Assembly (NCBI GenBank): GCA_051530055.1
Contig: CM121342.1
Span: forward strand, 13,345,480-13,409,479
Length of the DNA stretch: 64,000 nt
Direction: 5' to 3'
Source: Neoechinorhynchus agilis
Lineage: Eukaryota > Animalia > Acanthocephala
Position numbers and translations under genes: made by a program. Below are positions 11,479 through 23,866 of this stretch, in pieces. The notes under the pieces were generated by a model that saw only the letters and a list, made by a program, of their open reading frames with translations, searched no databases and was not told the origin of the DNA. Each line of letters starts with the position of its first letter. The stretch's first letter is position 1.

Positions 11479-12722
11479 ATGGGAACAATTGGGAAATCAT
11501 TTCTTATTGATGATATTTTACGCCAGGAAAAGTCCCTTGAAAACTCAAACAAACTGTCTTCTGAAATACCGGCATTAATATCTTATCTACAAAATCTAAT
11601 GCAACAACCTCGTCAATGCATGAGTATGCTTCCAAGGTTTCCTAAAACAACCAATTATTTGAATTATGGAAGTTTAGAGAGCGACACGGCAAAATTTAGG
11701 AAAATCGATCAATGTGCAGAGTCCGAAATACGAAGAATAAGAAGAAATCGAACTGTATTTACTGGTAAATTCTTGATTATCGCGAGTAATCTGCATCTAG
11801 ATTTTAAAAGAATTGCACGGAAACGCAGTCTATTTGAGATCCTTGCTTATTTTGAAAAGCTCGAATTATCGCGCTTTTTTTTCTTACCAAAAGTTTCTAG
11901 ATAATACTCTTCCATAATCCAAAATGAAATGCTGGCTATTATTTTTAATTTTTGTATTTATCACAATTTTTGTTTAATTATCAATACATTTGTGTACTTG
12001 GATAACTAATTTTTCCGCATCTGTCAGAATAACATATCTTTATTGCAGCCGGAATAACTCTAATCGCAGCTATGTCGTTCCAACTCAACTTATGCACATT
12101 TTTAATCTGATAGTATTCTGGCAGGAAATATATAAAGTCGAATTAATGCATTCTATAGAATTTTTTCTTTCACTATTATTAACCTGTAATTCTCATTGGT
12201 CAACCATCACCCAATCGGCTTCTTTTTGTGTGTATTATAAGAAACGCTGGAAGGTCCTTGATGGGAAATGAGTGCGGTTAATAAAAAAATTAAAATAATT
12301 CCTAAAGGATGAGACGAATCTTGTACTTCACTTATAGCAACGTAGCATATCGCTTTTTAAGCAGTCATAAGGATGCCACTATTTTATATCTAGATTATCA
12401 GCTTTCCATGCTTGAACGGCGTTTTCAAATCCAGAAATATATATCATCGGCTGACAGGGTTCAATTAGCGGAATCACTGGATCTTACTCAATTGCAGGTT
12501 AAAACGTGGTATCAGAATCGAAGAATGAAGTGGAAAAAGGAGGTATAAGTTTTTAAATTAAAAATTCGAAAAAAAGTTTATTTCTAGGTACTGGAGAATG
12601 GAGCCAAAGTAGCACCAACGAAGCCGAAAGGACGGCCGCGGAAAAATACGATCCCGTCTTTTAGCGAAGTTCAGGCTGCTCTTAAGTTCAATCAATATTC
12701 TTTTGACTTTTGTGATTGTTAA
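11479..12722 (+). CDS. BarX: BarX-type (NKL class) homeobox transcription factor, 3 exons
   Basis: N-terminal eh1-like FLIDDIL; homeodomain [19 protein letters not shown]...[15 protein letters not shown]; BarX-typical [14 protein letters not shown] tail; two GT-AG introns. Confidence 0.8.
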
Positions 12723-12823
12723 GCAAGTAAAAACATTAGGTATGGTAAATCCTGTTTAAAATAAGCAGTTATCAGGCTGCATTATGACACAAAATCGTGC
12801 AATTTATCAAATTTTTCTTCAGG

Positions 12824-13199
12824 TCAAGACTCGAAACACAGTGGAACGTTGATTATCTGTAATTCCAATTATAAGGCTATATTTTTGTCAACTGCACGAG
12901 CCCTATATAAATTCGTTTTCTAACCGCAAAATGCTTAAAGGTGATTTCGCTTGAGGTCTAAAGTACGATACTCTCCCTATTAATAGGAAATTCTTGTTTT
13001 TGTAAACAACCGCGTGGGATATTGGATCAGTTTTTTACTAGGGATAGTATCGCACTTTAGAACCCAAGCGAAACCACCTTTAAGCACTTTGCGGTTACAA
13101 AACGCATTATAATATAAAGTTCATGCAGTTGACAAAAAATACAGCCTTATAATTGACATTCCGGATAATCAACGTTCCACGGTGTTTCGAGTCTTGACC
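12824..13199. mobile_element. Foldback/MITE-like element with ~170-bp imperfect inverted arms
   Basis: ggtcaagactcgaaacacagtggaacgttgattatc... mirrored by ...gataatcaacgttccacggtgtttcgagtcttgacc; pairing continues inward to near the centre. Confidence 0.8.
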
Positions 13200-13823
13200 C
13201 GATAACGAACTGTTATGGCTTCAAATTCGAAACGGAAGCACAACGTCTTTAACACAGAAACAAAATTTGAAATACAGTCGTCGTGAGAAAGGAGAAAATG
13301 GAAAATCTCTAGCACAGTTTTATAACGTTGGAAATTCAACAATTTCGTACAACCAGAGACCTTGCAGCGAAAAACCGTGTACAATGCGAAGCTAAAATTA
13401 TGTAATTCTGTCAAATATTGCTTTTTAAAAGCTTCTCCCGCATGTTAAGAACTTTAATATCTGCATAGTCTACTTATGAAAGCTGTATTAATCACATTGG
13501 GTTTCTTGGTTATCGAAAAAATATCATATCGTGGATAAACGACATTCAACTGTATTAAGAGACATATTTTTAAAGCTCATTGCTTTTCGTCATTTGTCAT
13601 TGAACTTCTTTGACAAGACAATAACTTACCCGTATAGGTCTGCAAAACGAAGTTAAAGTATTTTTAAATGGGGACATTAGCTTAAGAAGGACAAAATTAT
13701 TCGACACATTCTTCAAAATATTATAAGGTACTCGTGTTTAAGCAAAAGCGTAACGAGTGGCATCTTAAGTGATGCCAAATTGCGCCTGAAGATTATCGCT
13801 TTGCACAAATCAGAGTAGACAAA

Positions 13824-16728
13824 CTACATGCGAGAAATTTTCATAGCGTCAATAAGATCACTCGGGCTCCTCATACGAATCAAGGCGTCCTCGAGTTCAC
13901 ATTGGAGGCTTCTCCTGCATTCCTCTATGATCTCAACTATTACTTCATCTTTCTCATCGCACAGGCAGCTGAGGATGTTTTGAATTTGTCCCGTTCGGAT
14001 CACATCAATGCATTGGTTTTTGATTACAGATCTTGTAACTTTAAGCAAAAGTCTTGCAGCTGATCTTCTGACAATTGTATCATTTAATTTAAGATCGCCA
14101 ATCACGAGTACATGATTCATCAGATTCATGACTTCTCCAAATACATCGACAAAATCACAACTGCCCGCAAATAAGTCACCCAGAACACTGAGAACACTAG
14201 CTCTTACCAATGAATCTTCTTCATTTCTCCACGCTACGTTCAGTAGAGTGTTCGTGAGAAGGGGAAAATAGTAATCCCTGAAATCGCCAGCATCAGAAAC
14301 CAGTCTACTCAAAGCTTCGGCTAGTTTGATTCTCGTTTGTAGAGGCGTTTTACCCTGCGTTTGTCTACTTAAGACTCCAGTTGAACAGTGCTCGTAAGCT
14401 CGCTTTCTCCTGGCTTCATTAGATTGAGCTATTGCTACCATAGTGTTCAGCGCAGCGGTAAAAACATACGAGTCATTTTCATCAGTTACTAACTTTACAA
14501 CGGTCTCAAATACATCGTGTAGCCTACTTTCGTCGATTGAACGACGATTATGCAGTAACAAACGACAACCAGCTGCTCTATTTGATTCCAGCGAACTCGA
14601 TAAAAGTTTATTAATCCTTTCAATAATCGGTTGGTTGCTACTAAAATCTTCAGATACTTGACCACATTCATTCAGTTTTCCCAGATACTCGTAAGCGTAC
14701 CGTCTCGTGACAGTGTCGATTTTTGTATCTTCACATATTTTACTTGAGAGCTCGCGGAGAACGTCTCTAGTGGATTCGGCACCGACTGGAAGTAGATACA
14801 GCATTGGAAATAATTGATCAGAGAGATTTCCACAATTTCTGCGCTCAATGATGCGCTTCATCGCAAATGCACCAAAGTCTAAAACATCTTTTAGAGATGC
14901 GGATTCACCAGCTCGTTCAATTAGTCGAGAAAGGATACATTCTGTAAACATGCAGTGAATTGGATCCTCATTTTCGATGACAAGGTAGTGCTTAAGGTAA
15001 AAGATAAGATGATTAGATGGAACACAATCACAGAAACAAATTGTCCATGTTTCCAGTCGGAAATCGATTGGTTCTGGGTTAAAACTAAGTTCGAAACCAT
15101 TGGTAAGATCACCGTCCACTTTCAAGTAGTTCAACATGTGAGCTGACTGTTTATCCTCAAGCGGTCGGTAGAACAATTGGGGTGAACGTTCAATTGAGAA
15201 ATATCGCCTGATCAGGGTTAGGATCCATGATTTAAGGGGCGAAGGTGTTTGCCACAAATAGATAAGTCAATGCAAAAAGGAGATTTTATTTTCGAAATAA
15301 CGAATAAGGTTTTTGTGCTTATCACTTTTAGGTGGCATCAGAAAACTTGGAATATTTCAATGGTTCGCGAACTGCTACAAATGGGTTTTTTAGCTTTGAG
15401 TGTTTTTACAGATGCATTGGCGGGTTTAATTGTAAAAAGTGTTTACAACATGTTGTGTAGGCTTAGCGCTGGATTAAATCCCCAATATGATTTTTTGATC
15501 TTACCCATCTGTGGCTTATCCTTAAACCCGTATAATAAAGCAATCAGGCAACATTTGATGACCGTGTTTGAACTTGCATCTACAATCATCAGTTTTTGTA
15601 AAAGTTCTTCAGGCTCGTGAGCGAGTTCGTTAAGAATAAATATACATGAATATAGATGCTGCCGATTCACGACGACTCCTTGACTGTGATTTCCGTCGAT
15701 TAATTTAGGTACCCAATCAAGAAGGTGACCTTTTAGCATCTGAGACTCATTTGCGTCAATTAAAAGCTTCACTATTTCAGTCGTCACTAATCGATAATAT
15801 TGATCAGATCGTGAATGAGTAAATAAAGATATTATCTAATTGTTGGAAATCAAAATAGAGCCCGTCAAACTTTACTTACCTGTTCCACAAGAAAATTAAA
15901 ATATTCCTTCGCTCGCCCCCGGTACATCCGAGGCATTTTAACAAGATTTCCCGCTAACATAGCACACAAACGCCTATCTTTCCAATGGCCGTCATCATCC
16001 TCGTAAATCACATGCTCATTGATTTCCAGAAACCCATTAATGACTACCTTTAAACCGGATTCAATAAGAATCCGGGTCATCAGGTCGCAACAGAACAAAG
16101 TGAATTTCACACAAGTACCCTCTTGATACTGTGCAATGCACTTCTTCAGAGACTTGACTTTCTGAGCTGGTTCCACATACTGCAAGAACTTCTTAATAAC
16201 GCTACAATATTCCTCAGAGATTTCAGTTGGTACATTGATCAGCATCTTCCATTCTTCGTCATTGCACTGCAGTTTGAAAAGACCATCTTCGTTATTACTT
16301 GGACTAGTCAATATTGGGAATTCGTTTAGATGGAAAAGTGCTTTAAGGCAAAGACACACAGCACGGTCTATAAATCCACTTTCTTCTTCCAATAGCTCAA
16401 TCAATGGCCAAGTTATTCGTAGAAGACGATAACAACGAAACGCGGCGCACCTCGCTTGCTGGTAACTTTCTACATTTCGGAATTCGACTACGTGAAGAGA
16501 GTATAGGAATTTAAGGATTAGTTGTAGACATTGCCGGTGATCACTGGATACTTCTTGATTTTCTTTCATAAACAATTGAATGGATTGCTGACAACATGCC
16601 AATGCCATGTCAACTACTAATCTATAGACCGAAACTTCAGATAGCTTCAAAAATTGAAGACTATCCAACTTCTCGAATATGCGATGCACGGCCATGCGCA
16701 ACTCTACATCGGAATCTAAATTTTTCAT
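13824..16728 (-). CDS. TANGO6: Transport and Golgi organization protein 6 homolog (RTP1-like ARM repeat)
   Basis: DSYVFTAALNTM, TRIKLAEAL, VRASVLSVLGDL motifs; GT-AG intron at about 15837-15879; frame path at 15260-15450 unresolved. Confidence 0.75.
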
Positions 16729-17360
16729 GCTAAAGAAATATAACTTATTTTTTGTTACTTACAAATGTCCGATTCAATAAACTCGATTGTGGATCTCATG
16801 GAGTTCAAGAGTTCATCGAAATCTGGTGATATCATATTCTAAATTGAGAATTAAGTCTCATAAAAACGAATAAGAGAGACTTCGTTTTAAGCTTCTTTAA
16901 AAACTCATTGTTCATCAGGACGGCAGCTGAGTGATCCAGTGAATGATTTCATGACATTTATAATAAGTATCAAATATATTATTCAACAATAAAGAAAATC
17001 ATCGATTAACAAAAACACACGACATGACTATAACAATCATTAGTCCTTAAAAAGGTTATGAACCAGAAACGTTCAATTGGAAATGGAAACTACAACGAGT
17101 AATGGATGTTGTTAGACATCATCCGTTGTTTTTTATGCTTCACGTGAGTGAGAAAGATGTAATTGGTGTTGTAGGAGGAAAGAACTTGTGATATAAAACG
17201 TTTGTGCTGGCAAATGGACTTTTATTCAAGTCCTCCTATTGAACAATTATCGTCCCTCTACAAAAGGTCGTTTGAATTTCAGCTGTCAAAAGGTTGCCCG
17301 AGTTTTCTATTGCTAGGAACAATGCTTTCAAATACTCAGAACTATGTATTCTTATGATAT

Positions 17361-17456
17361 GAAAAATAGATATTGATTTACTATTCTCGATATTTCGTCG
17401 TTTTTCGCATTAAGTCCGACGAAATATTGAGAATAATAAATCAATATCTATTTTTC
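17361..17456. repeat. 40-bp near-perfect inverted repeat with a 16-nt spacer
   Basis: Arms 17361-17400 and 17417-17456 match at 38 of 40 positions. Confidence 0.85.
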
Positions 17457-17759
17457 CTTTTAACAAAAAATATACATGAACAACTTGTATACTTAGAACT
17501 CTAACGCACAATACTCAATCTTTTCAAATGAACGAATAAGAAAAGCTGAACTAATGCATTCGTAAATAAAAGGATGATCACTTTGCCGCTTTACATTTGA
17601 TGAACAAGCACGCTAAAGCTTTCATTCTGCTTTAAATTTCAATTCTGGTCTCCTATTTGAACAAACGCATTTAAAGCTTTTTTTGATTGGTGAACAAACT
17701 TTCGGTTTATGGTGGCTATTGTTAGCGATCGAATATAATAACAAATTATAAGAATCCAA

Positions 17760-17875
17760 TAAAAGAAAAGAAATTTCCTCGCTCAACGCATCGCAATTGC
17801 GATACAGCGAAGGAACGCCGCCAGTATACTGGCAACGTCAACAAGTTCACAGGAATAAAGCTCGAAAATAAAGAA
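17760..17875 (+). mobile_element. 3' tail fragment of an RLE-type (CRE-like) non-LTR retrotransposon
   Basis: Translates QRIAIAIQRRNAASILATS, the terminal QRGNA motif. Confidence 0.6.
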
Positions 17876-18039
17876 TATCTAAATCACAAGAACAACTCTT
17901 TTGTATTGATTTATTTGTTCGAACGTATACGAAATTGTTTTTTTAAAAAAAAGAAATACAAATGCAACGCAGAATTTTTAGTCAAAGTTAATCGCAACAA
18001 CAAAGAACTCGCGGGCAATTAACTGTTTTTGTCAGCGAA

Positions 18040-19190
18040 TCAGAATGCGGGATGCCGCATCGGAACTTTTATAAATTGGAAAAACCCGTTACAATAATGA
18101 AGCACAAAACGTGCAATCCCCACCGTTTGCGAAATTGGAGCTTCTCTCCTTCCTCGGCTGTCGCTATCACGCTAGCAGCATTGCCTCGTTGTACTGCAAG
18201 CGAGATATTTTGTCGCAGGAATACACCTGCTCGCGAATCGCCGGTCGTTTCTCTCAATTTCTTCGAGAGATCCTTGAGCAGAGTGAGTGCCGAGCTTCCA
18301 AGCGCTACATACTTCTCTACTCCGAAGGGGACAAAATAGTGGGTCCTTGCTAAATCCCTATATTTCCGTACCTTCCCTCTTCCGCTGCAATGGCTGTATC
18401 TCCAGCGATTTCTAGGGAGTAGAGAATGTTGCTTACTGCGAGGGTGTCCACAAATGTGGTGCTTCCCGCCACGGAAAGACCGAAATTCCGTCAGGTCGAC
18501 AAAGATGGGCGGGTTCCAAGATGTTGGGGAAATTCGCCGTTCTGAACGCCCGAGGAATTACGCTGTTGATCTCAGAATGGCGTGAGAACCTTCCTCCTGA
18601 CTTTCGGCAAACGAGACCGTGTCGCCCGAAAGCATCAACCAAAGACCCACATCGACAGAGACCAAGTCTTAAGGATACTGCGATCATCGTTACCTCGTCA
18701 GTAAGAAGAGTTCCCACTGATGCCAGAGGAACAGCCTCCAACCGCGCCCCAGATTCTCGTATCGAAACTGCCAACATTCTAGCTCGGACGACCCCATCGC
18801 GAGAACCCGAAAATAGAGAGAGCTGTGAGCTCTCGCGACCAGAGGTCCGTCCCAGATCCACTGTCTGAGGCCATTCACGGGAACATGGTTAGCGCCTGTC
18901 TGCTGGATCGATTCCTCAACTGCCACCACAAAGTCTTGGTCAAGACAAAATTTTCCCCTCGGAATTTTCTTCGCTATTGGTTGACTGCCCTCATACGATC
19001 CAAGAAAGGCTGACAAGGCCTACTAGCGCCCGAATGCCCAATTCCCCATGTGACACAGGCAATGGAGCTTGTCGCCACGCCTCATCCGAGAGCTGGACAT
19101 TTAAAATGCGCTTGGGACGAGCCCTCACCTTGCCGTCGAGCTTAGCAAATCCTGGACATACTTGATGAAATGAAGGGACCCCTTGCGAAA
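18040..19190 (-). mobile_element. 5'-truncated, frameshifted CRE-like non-LTR retrotransposon (RLE domain)
   Basis: ILNVQLSDEAWRQAPLP..GELGIR, AVSLRLG, CRCGSLVDAFGRHGLVC, RHSEIN, RPDGISVFPW, LAVQRGNAASVIAT. Confidence 0.85.
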
Positions 19191-19204
19191 TTGGAAGAAC
19201 CGCT

Positions 19205-19276
19205 TAGCAGCGAGTGGTTTCGATCCACCGACCTCTGAGTTATGAGCCCAGCACGCTTCCTCTGCGCCACGCTGCT
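19205..19276 (-). tRNA. tRNA-iMet: Initiator tRNA-Met (CAT)
   Basis: 72-nt cloverleaf AGCAGCGTGGCGCAGAGGAAGCGTGCTGGGCTCATAACTCAGAGGTCGGTGGATCGAAACCACTCGCTGCTA; A1:U72 pair and GATCGAAA T-loop typical of eukaryotic initiators. Confidence 0.92.
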
Positions 19277-20519
19277 ACTGATTTGAAATTATGTATATAT
19301 GTTGATCTATACTTATCACAAGTTTTTAATAATTGATAAAACATAATAACTATATTGGAACTTTGCTAAAGTGCATGCTTGTGAACATGTGAGACTTTTC
19401 TAAAAATATTAAACAAAAATCAATAACCGGGCTTGCATTTTGAAGAACTGCTCCTTTGACAGGTGTATTATCTTACATTACTAGGCACAGGGAATCGGAA
19501 AATAAATAATTTACGAATGAAGACTCTGCTTAGTTCATGGCCACTAATATCTTATCTAGAAATAACATTAGCTTCCTAGCAAAAGCTATGATTCGGGAGC
19601 ATCAATGCATTGATCCAAAGGATGCAGCAGATGTTTACCCAACAAGCCTGCCTGTACATTTCCCTGTGCGGGAAATAGCCAATAGATTTATAGCGTCCCG
19701 GGCTTAACATATCTTCTAAACTCATTTGAAATATCTAATATCTTCGACAAAATCAATATTAATGTTGCTATAAAGAATTTGCAGCATTTAAACTATCTCC
19801 ACAATATTATTGCTCGCTTGGATAATACCCTAATCTAAAAGTCCTTTTTCTTACTTTTTTCAGCATAAGGGAGCCCCCCCCAAGGCTCACCGTTGTCTCC
19901 CATTCTTTTCTGCTCGACAACACAATACATTGTTCAAAATTGCAATGTCTGCAAGAATATTTTTCTCTATGCAGATGACCTAACGGCAGTTATAAAGGAG
20001 GGCAATTGCTAGAGGACGAAGAGAATGCTTTCGCTCTTATCCTTCTTATCCGAAATGCCTCTCCAATTAAAACTCAACTCTCGGTCAAATTTAGGCCCAT
20101 CATCGGGAAGGCTGCCCTGAGGGAGGTGTTCTAACAGTTTTCCGAGCAGGAGGCTACCCTACTCCCAAAAAAGTCAAGTTAATTTTTCACCCACCCACGA
20201 TCTAACGAAATTCAAATGCAACAACATATCTATTTCTATTGCTGGGAATGCCTGTGCGGTCGCAGGCCTGGTTTTTTTCTCACGAGGTCGTCCGCCCGAA
20301 CAGCGCCTGAAGTTCCAACGCTGTGCATACCTCCGACTAGGCTGATAAAATCTATTTCTGGATCGATATAAAAAGCTTTAACATCCAATACGGAGTGAAT
20401 GAAATTATAACCAACTAATCTGAATACTTCATACCACATCCCTCCTGTTCGAATAAATTGTTGTTCGATATAGGATAAAATCTTGAACTGTTGATTAATA
20501 TCGATTTTTCTTCTCGGGC

Positions 20520-21720
20520 GTTTAGTCGGCTTTTGCTTATCGCTCCACAGTGTTTCGCGGTCGAAGGCTTGGATTGGGTGCAGCATGGAGGTCCGAAGGT
20601 CTGCGTGTGGTGTTTGGAACCATCGCTGTTTCGGTAGGCCTTTCGGATGTTGTTCCTCTTCCTTGACTTTTCTTGACAAGGGACTGCTCGCTGGTAAGGC
20701 GCGGCCATACCACATTAAAGCTATCATCTCTCATTTTTGTCCCTGATCGGCGCTTCACAATATCTGTTCCGTATATCGTCGTTCCTTATGCGGTCGAACA
20801 AGGTTGTCCCACTTATCCATCTCAGCATTTTCTTCCCCATGACGGCAAGGTGTTGCTCATCATGCTTGATGATTGACCAGCATTCAGCTCCATTAAGAGC
20901 CAGTGGACGAAATACTGATCGGTGTACCCTCGATTTCAATTTTGACTTTATACGTTGATCATAGAGAAAGCAATTCCGTTCAAGCCAAGTTGATTCGATT
21001 TGTGATTTCCTGTCGTTACCGATCCGAGCTATTTTGAATGGTTCGATTTGTTATGGGATACTGTGTTTTAATTCGGTTTTTAGATCATCCCTTAAGCCGC
21101 AGCCAACATTCCAGTAAGATGAACAGTAAGGAGGAGTTGGAGCTTCCCCGATGGACTCCAACATGTATCGGAAATGGCATCGACATTCCGGCCATATTTT
21201 TTACTCGGATTTCCAGACCCCGGTAGAGGTATTTCACCAAGTCGACAATTTGTTTGGGTACCCTGTGGTGACGAAGTGCGTACAAGATCAAACCGTGCCG
21301 AATTCGGTCGAACTTCTCAATCAGGATACTCTATGCTTGAATCGCATGTGTTGCCACATCCTTAAGGGCAAATACAGTTTGGTTGACCGTTAACTAGGCA
21401 ATTCAGCGAATATGCTTTCACTTCATTGCCTTTCGTTTTCTATATTGGCACAGTGTTACAGCGCCAGTCGGTCGGTGTCATCTGCCCCTCAGCCTGGATT
21501 CAAGCACTTAGCATTCAAGAGTTCCGCTGCAATATGTTACAACCGGCTGATTTTTCCATGTTAATTTGATTGATCGCATCTTGAACCTCCTGCGTGTTTA
21601 TGAGAAGTACGTGGCCGAATGCATTCCGCAACATGGTGCCCCCGGAAACTCCACTCATTTCTGAGTGGCGTACTGAACGCGAATCCCTCCTAGCGACAGA
21701 TACCTGCGACAGCTCGATCA
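20520..21720 (-). mobile_element. Decayed RTE-clade non-LTR retrotransposon (RT and C-terminus)
   Basis: EVQDAINQINMEKSAG, ILYALRHHRVP, GVHRGS, ALNGAECW, MLRWISG..L.DRIRNDDIR, WYG..., PKQRW across several broken frames. Confidence 0.8.
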
Positions 21721-22323
21721 AATGGTGTATTTAAATATCGTTGCCACCGACAACACAAACTGAAATCCTTTGATAATTCGCAAATTGATTAATATCGATT
21801 CCGATATCATTATATATGCTTGGCAAAATTCGTTCACAAACACAGTTATACTTTAAAAGGATCCATTTGTATCGTCTTAAAATCTTATGCTTAATTGGAA
21901 TATTTAGAAGAACCAACTGCGAAGACTTAATTAAAACATTTTCGTTTTAACAAAAAATCGATTCAATGATATGAAATTTTTTGACGATGTATTACGATCG
22001 AACACATAGTGGTCGATACAGTGCGTACTAGGGAAAACACGGGGTACAAATAGTTTTAAATCGGTGTTTTAGAAACGAATCGCTCTTTTTTTCGACCATT
22101 TAATTTAAACCTTGAATCTAAAATATTATGAATATCATTTCTATTGAGTAATTTATCGCTCACATCTGTATGTCCATTGGCTGATGATTTCTTTTATGAT
22201 TAGTGTAGCCAATAGGGAAGCAACGTGGAAATGTCATTGACAATTGCAAAAAATCTCTCTTTCATTTTCAGATCATAAAAAAAGAGAAACAAATACCGAA
22301 TACCAATCGCGTCAGAGCATATT

Positions 22324-23013
22324 ATGGACAGAGGAGAAAATAGTAATATGTTGATAAATGGATATATGCATGAATCTGAGCGGGATAGGTTGCAGAACTT
22401 AGTTCACTTGCCTAGCCCATTGCGACCTGTACGAATTCAACCACGTCAAGTGAGATTGTGTTATCCTGAAAGGGGCAGACATTCGTCACAGTATGTTCGG
22501 CAATCGATTGTTCAAACCTCTTTAATCCGGTCTATGAGCGATAAACTTTTTCATCAATATTTAGGCGTACCGCCGCAACCAAAGTCGGTTGCCAAAAATC
22601 TGGCTCATAATCAGGCTGAACAACGGCGAAGAGACAAAATTAAAGATGCTGTATTGAAGATAAGGCACATCCTTCCAGAAGAAGAGGGCCCTGAGTCGAT
22701 AGAACAAACGCTGAAACGAGCAGAGATTTACCTTCGTTTCATGGCTTTAGTTTTTGCGCAACTCAAAACCCTCTGTGGAGTACAAATGCATAACTTCGAA
22801 AACCAAGTACTGATTGAATCGAATACATCGCAGTACGAAAATGCCTTAAATTTTACGGAAAGCTTATTCTCGAACTTGAAACCAGCTATTAAATTCTTGC
22901 ACACCTGGGATGAAATGCTCGAATGTAAAATTGACAAAAAAAAACGGGATGCCAATAAGGATGAGTGCAATGCAGATGCGTATTTTACTCAAAGAAAAAC
23001 AAAGATGAAATGA
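22324..23013 (+). CDS. bHLH transcription factor (Mlx/Max/USF-like basic region), apparently single exon
   Basis: AHNQAEQRRRDKIKDAVLKIRHILP...EQTLKRAEIYLRFM. Confidence 0.8.
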   Translation: MDRGENSNMLINGYMHESERDRLQNLVHLPSPLRPVRIQPRQVRLCYPERGRHSSQYVRQSIVQTSLIRSMSDKLFHQYLGVPPQPKSVAKNLAHNQAEQRRRDKIKDAVLKIRHILPEEEGPESIEQTLKRAEIYLRFMALVFAQLKTLCGVQMHNFENQVLIESNTSQYENALNFTESLFSNLKPAIKFLHTWDEMLECKIDKKKRDANKDECNADAYFTQRKTKMK

Positions 23014-23866
23014 TTTATTTTAAGGTGAAAAAGTTGTTTATTTGCTTCTATTGTAAAAAAGCAATATTTTAATTTCAGTTTAATGAAATAAAGGCATTGT
23101 CTTAACTATTTGTGGCATAAAAGCGCTCCAACTTACAGTATTTATATCTTTTGTGCAATATTCTTACATTTTACATTCTATTCAAAAACGCATACTTCCA
23201 AAAAATAAACATTTTTGTATTGAGTATAAATATGTTGATTTTTCCCCTCGGCGATAAAATTTATTTAAGACCAGGACGTTAAATTATTGCAATAATCAGA
23301 TTATATATTACACTGTTGAAATAGCACAGCGATAGACGGTAAATTAGTCTAAAAAATAATTGCGAAATTCTTAATCTCGATATTTTGCTATTTATCCGAA
23401 TTAATATTCAAGCTTTCTAATTTTTGTTGATTCTGTGGTCACATTCCTAGGCGACCTTTAGTGCCCGATCCATGTTGATCTTTCAGATACCGAGACGATT
23501 CGCTAAATAATCTCAACACTTTATTTCCAGTGTGATTCGGTGCAATAATTATTTAAAATAAGATTTTCAGACCACTGAACGTCTAAATACTTACAGCGTT
23601 GCTAAAATAACTAATAAATCTCTGATGTTGCTGATGGCATAAATTGTAAAATCTTGATTACCTACAAATTGGGATGTCTAATAATAATTTTTTTCTTGAC
23701 GCTTAAATTAACAAGTTATCATTGATTCCCAGGATGGAAAACAAGTGTTACAATAATGTGGTAATATCGGCTCAACTACATGAGCTGCTGTATTATTCGT
23801 GAAGATTTATAGGTCAAAAGTCAGGTTTTTGTCGTCAATTACTTTCATGTCAATGTAAACGCCATT

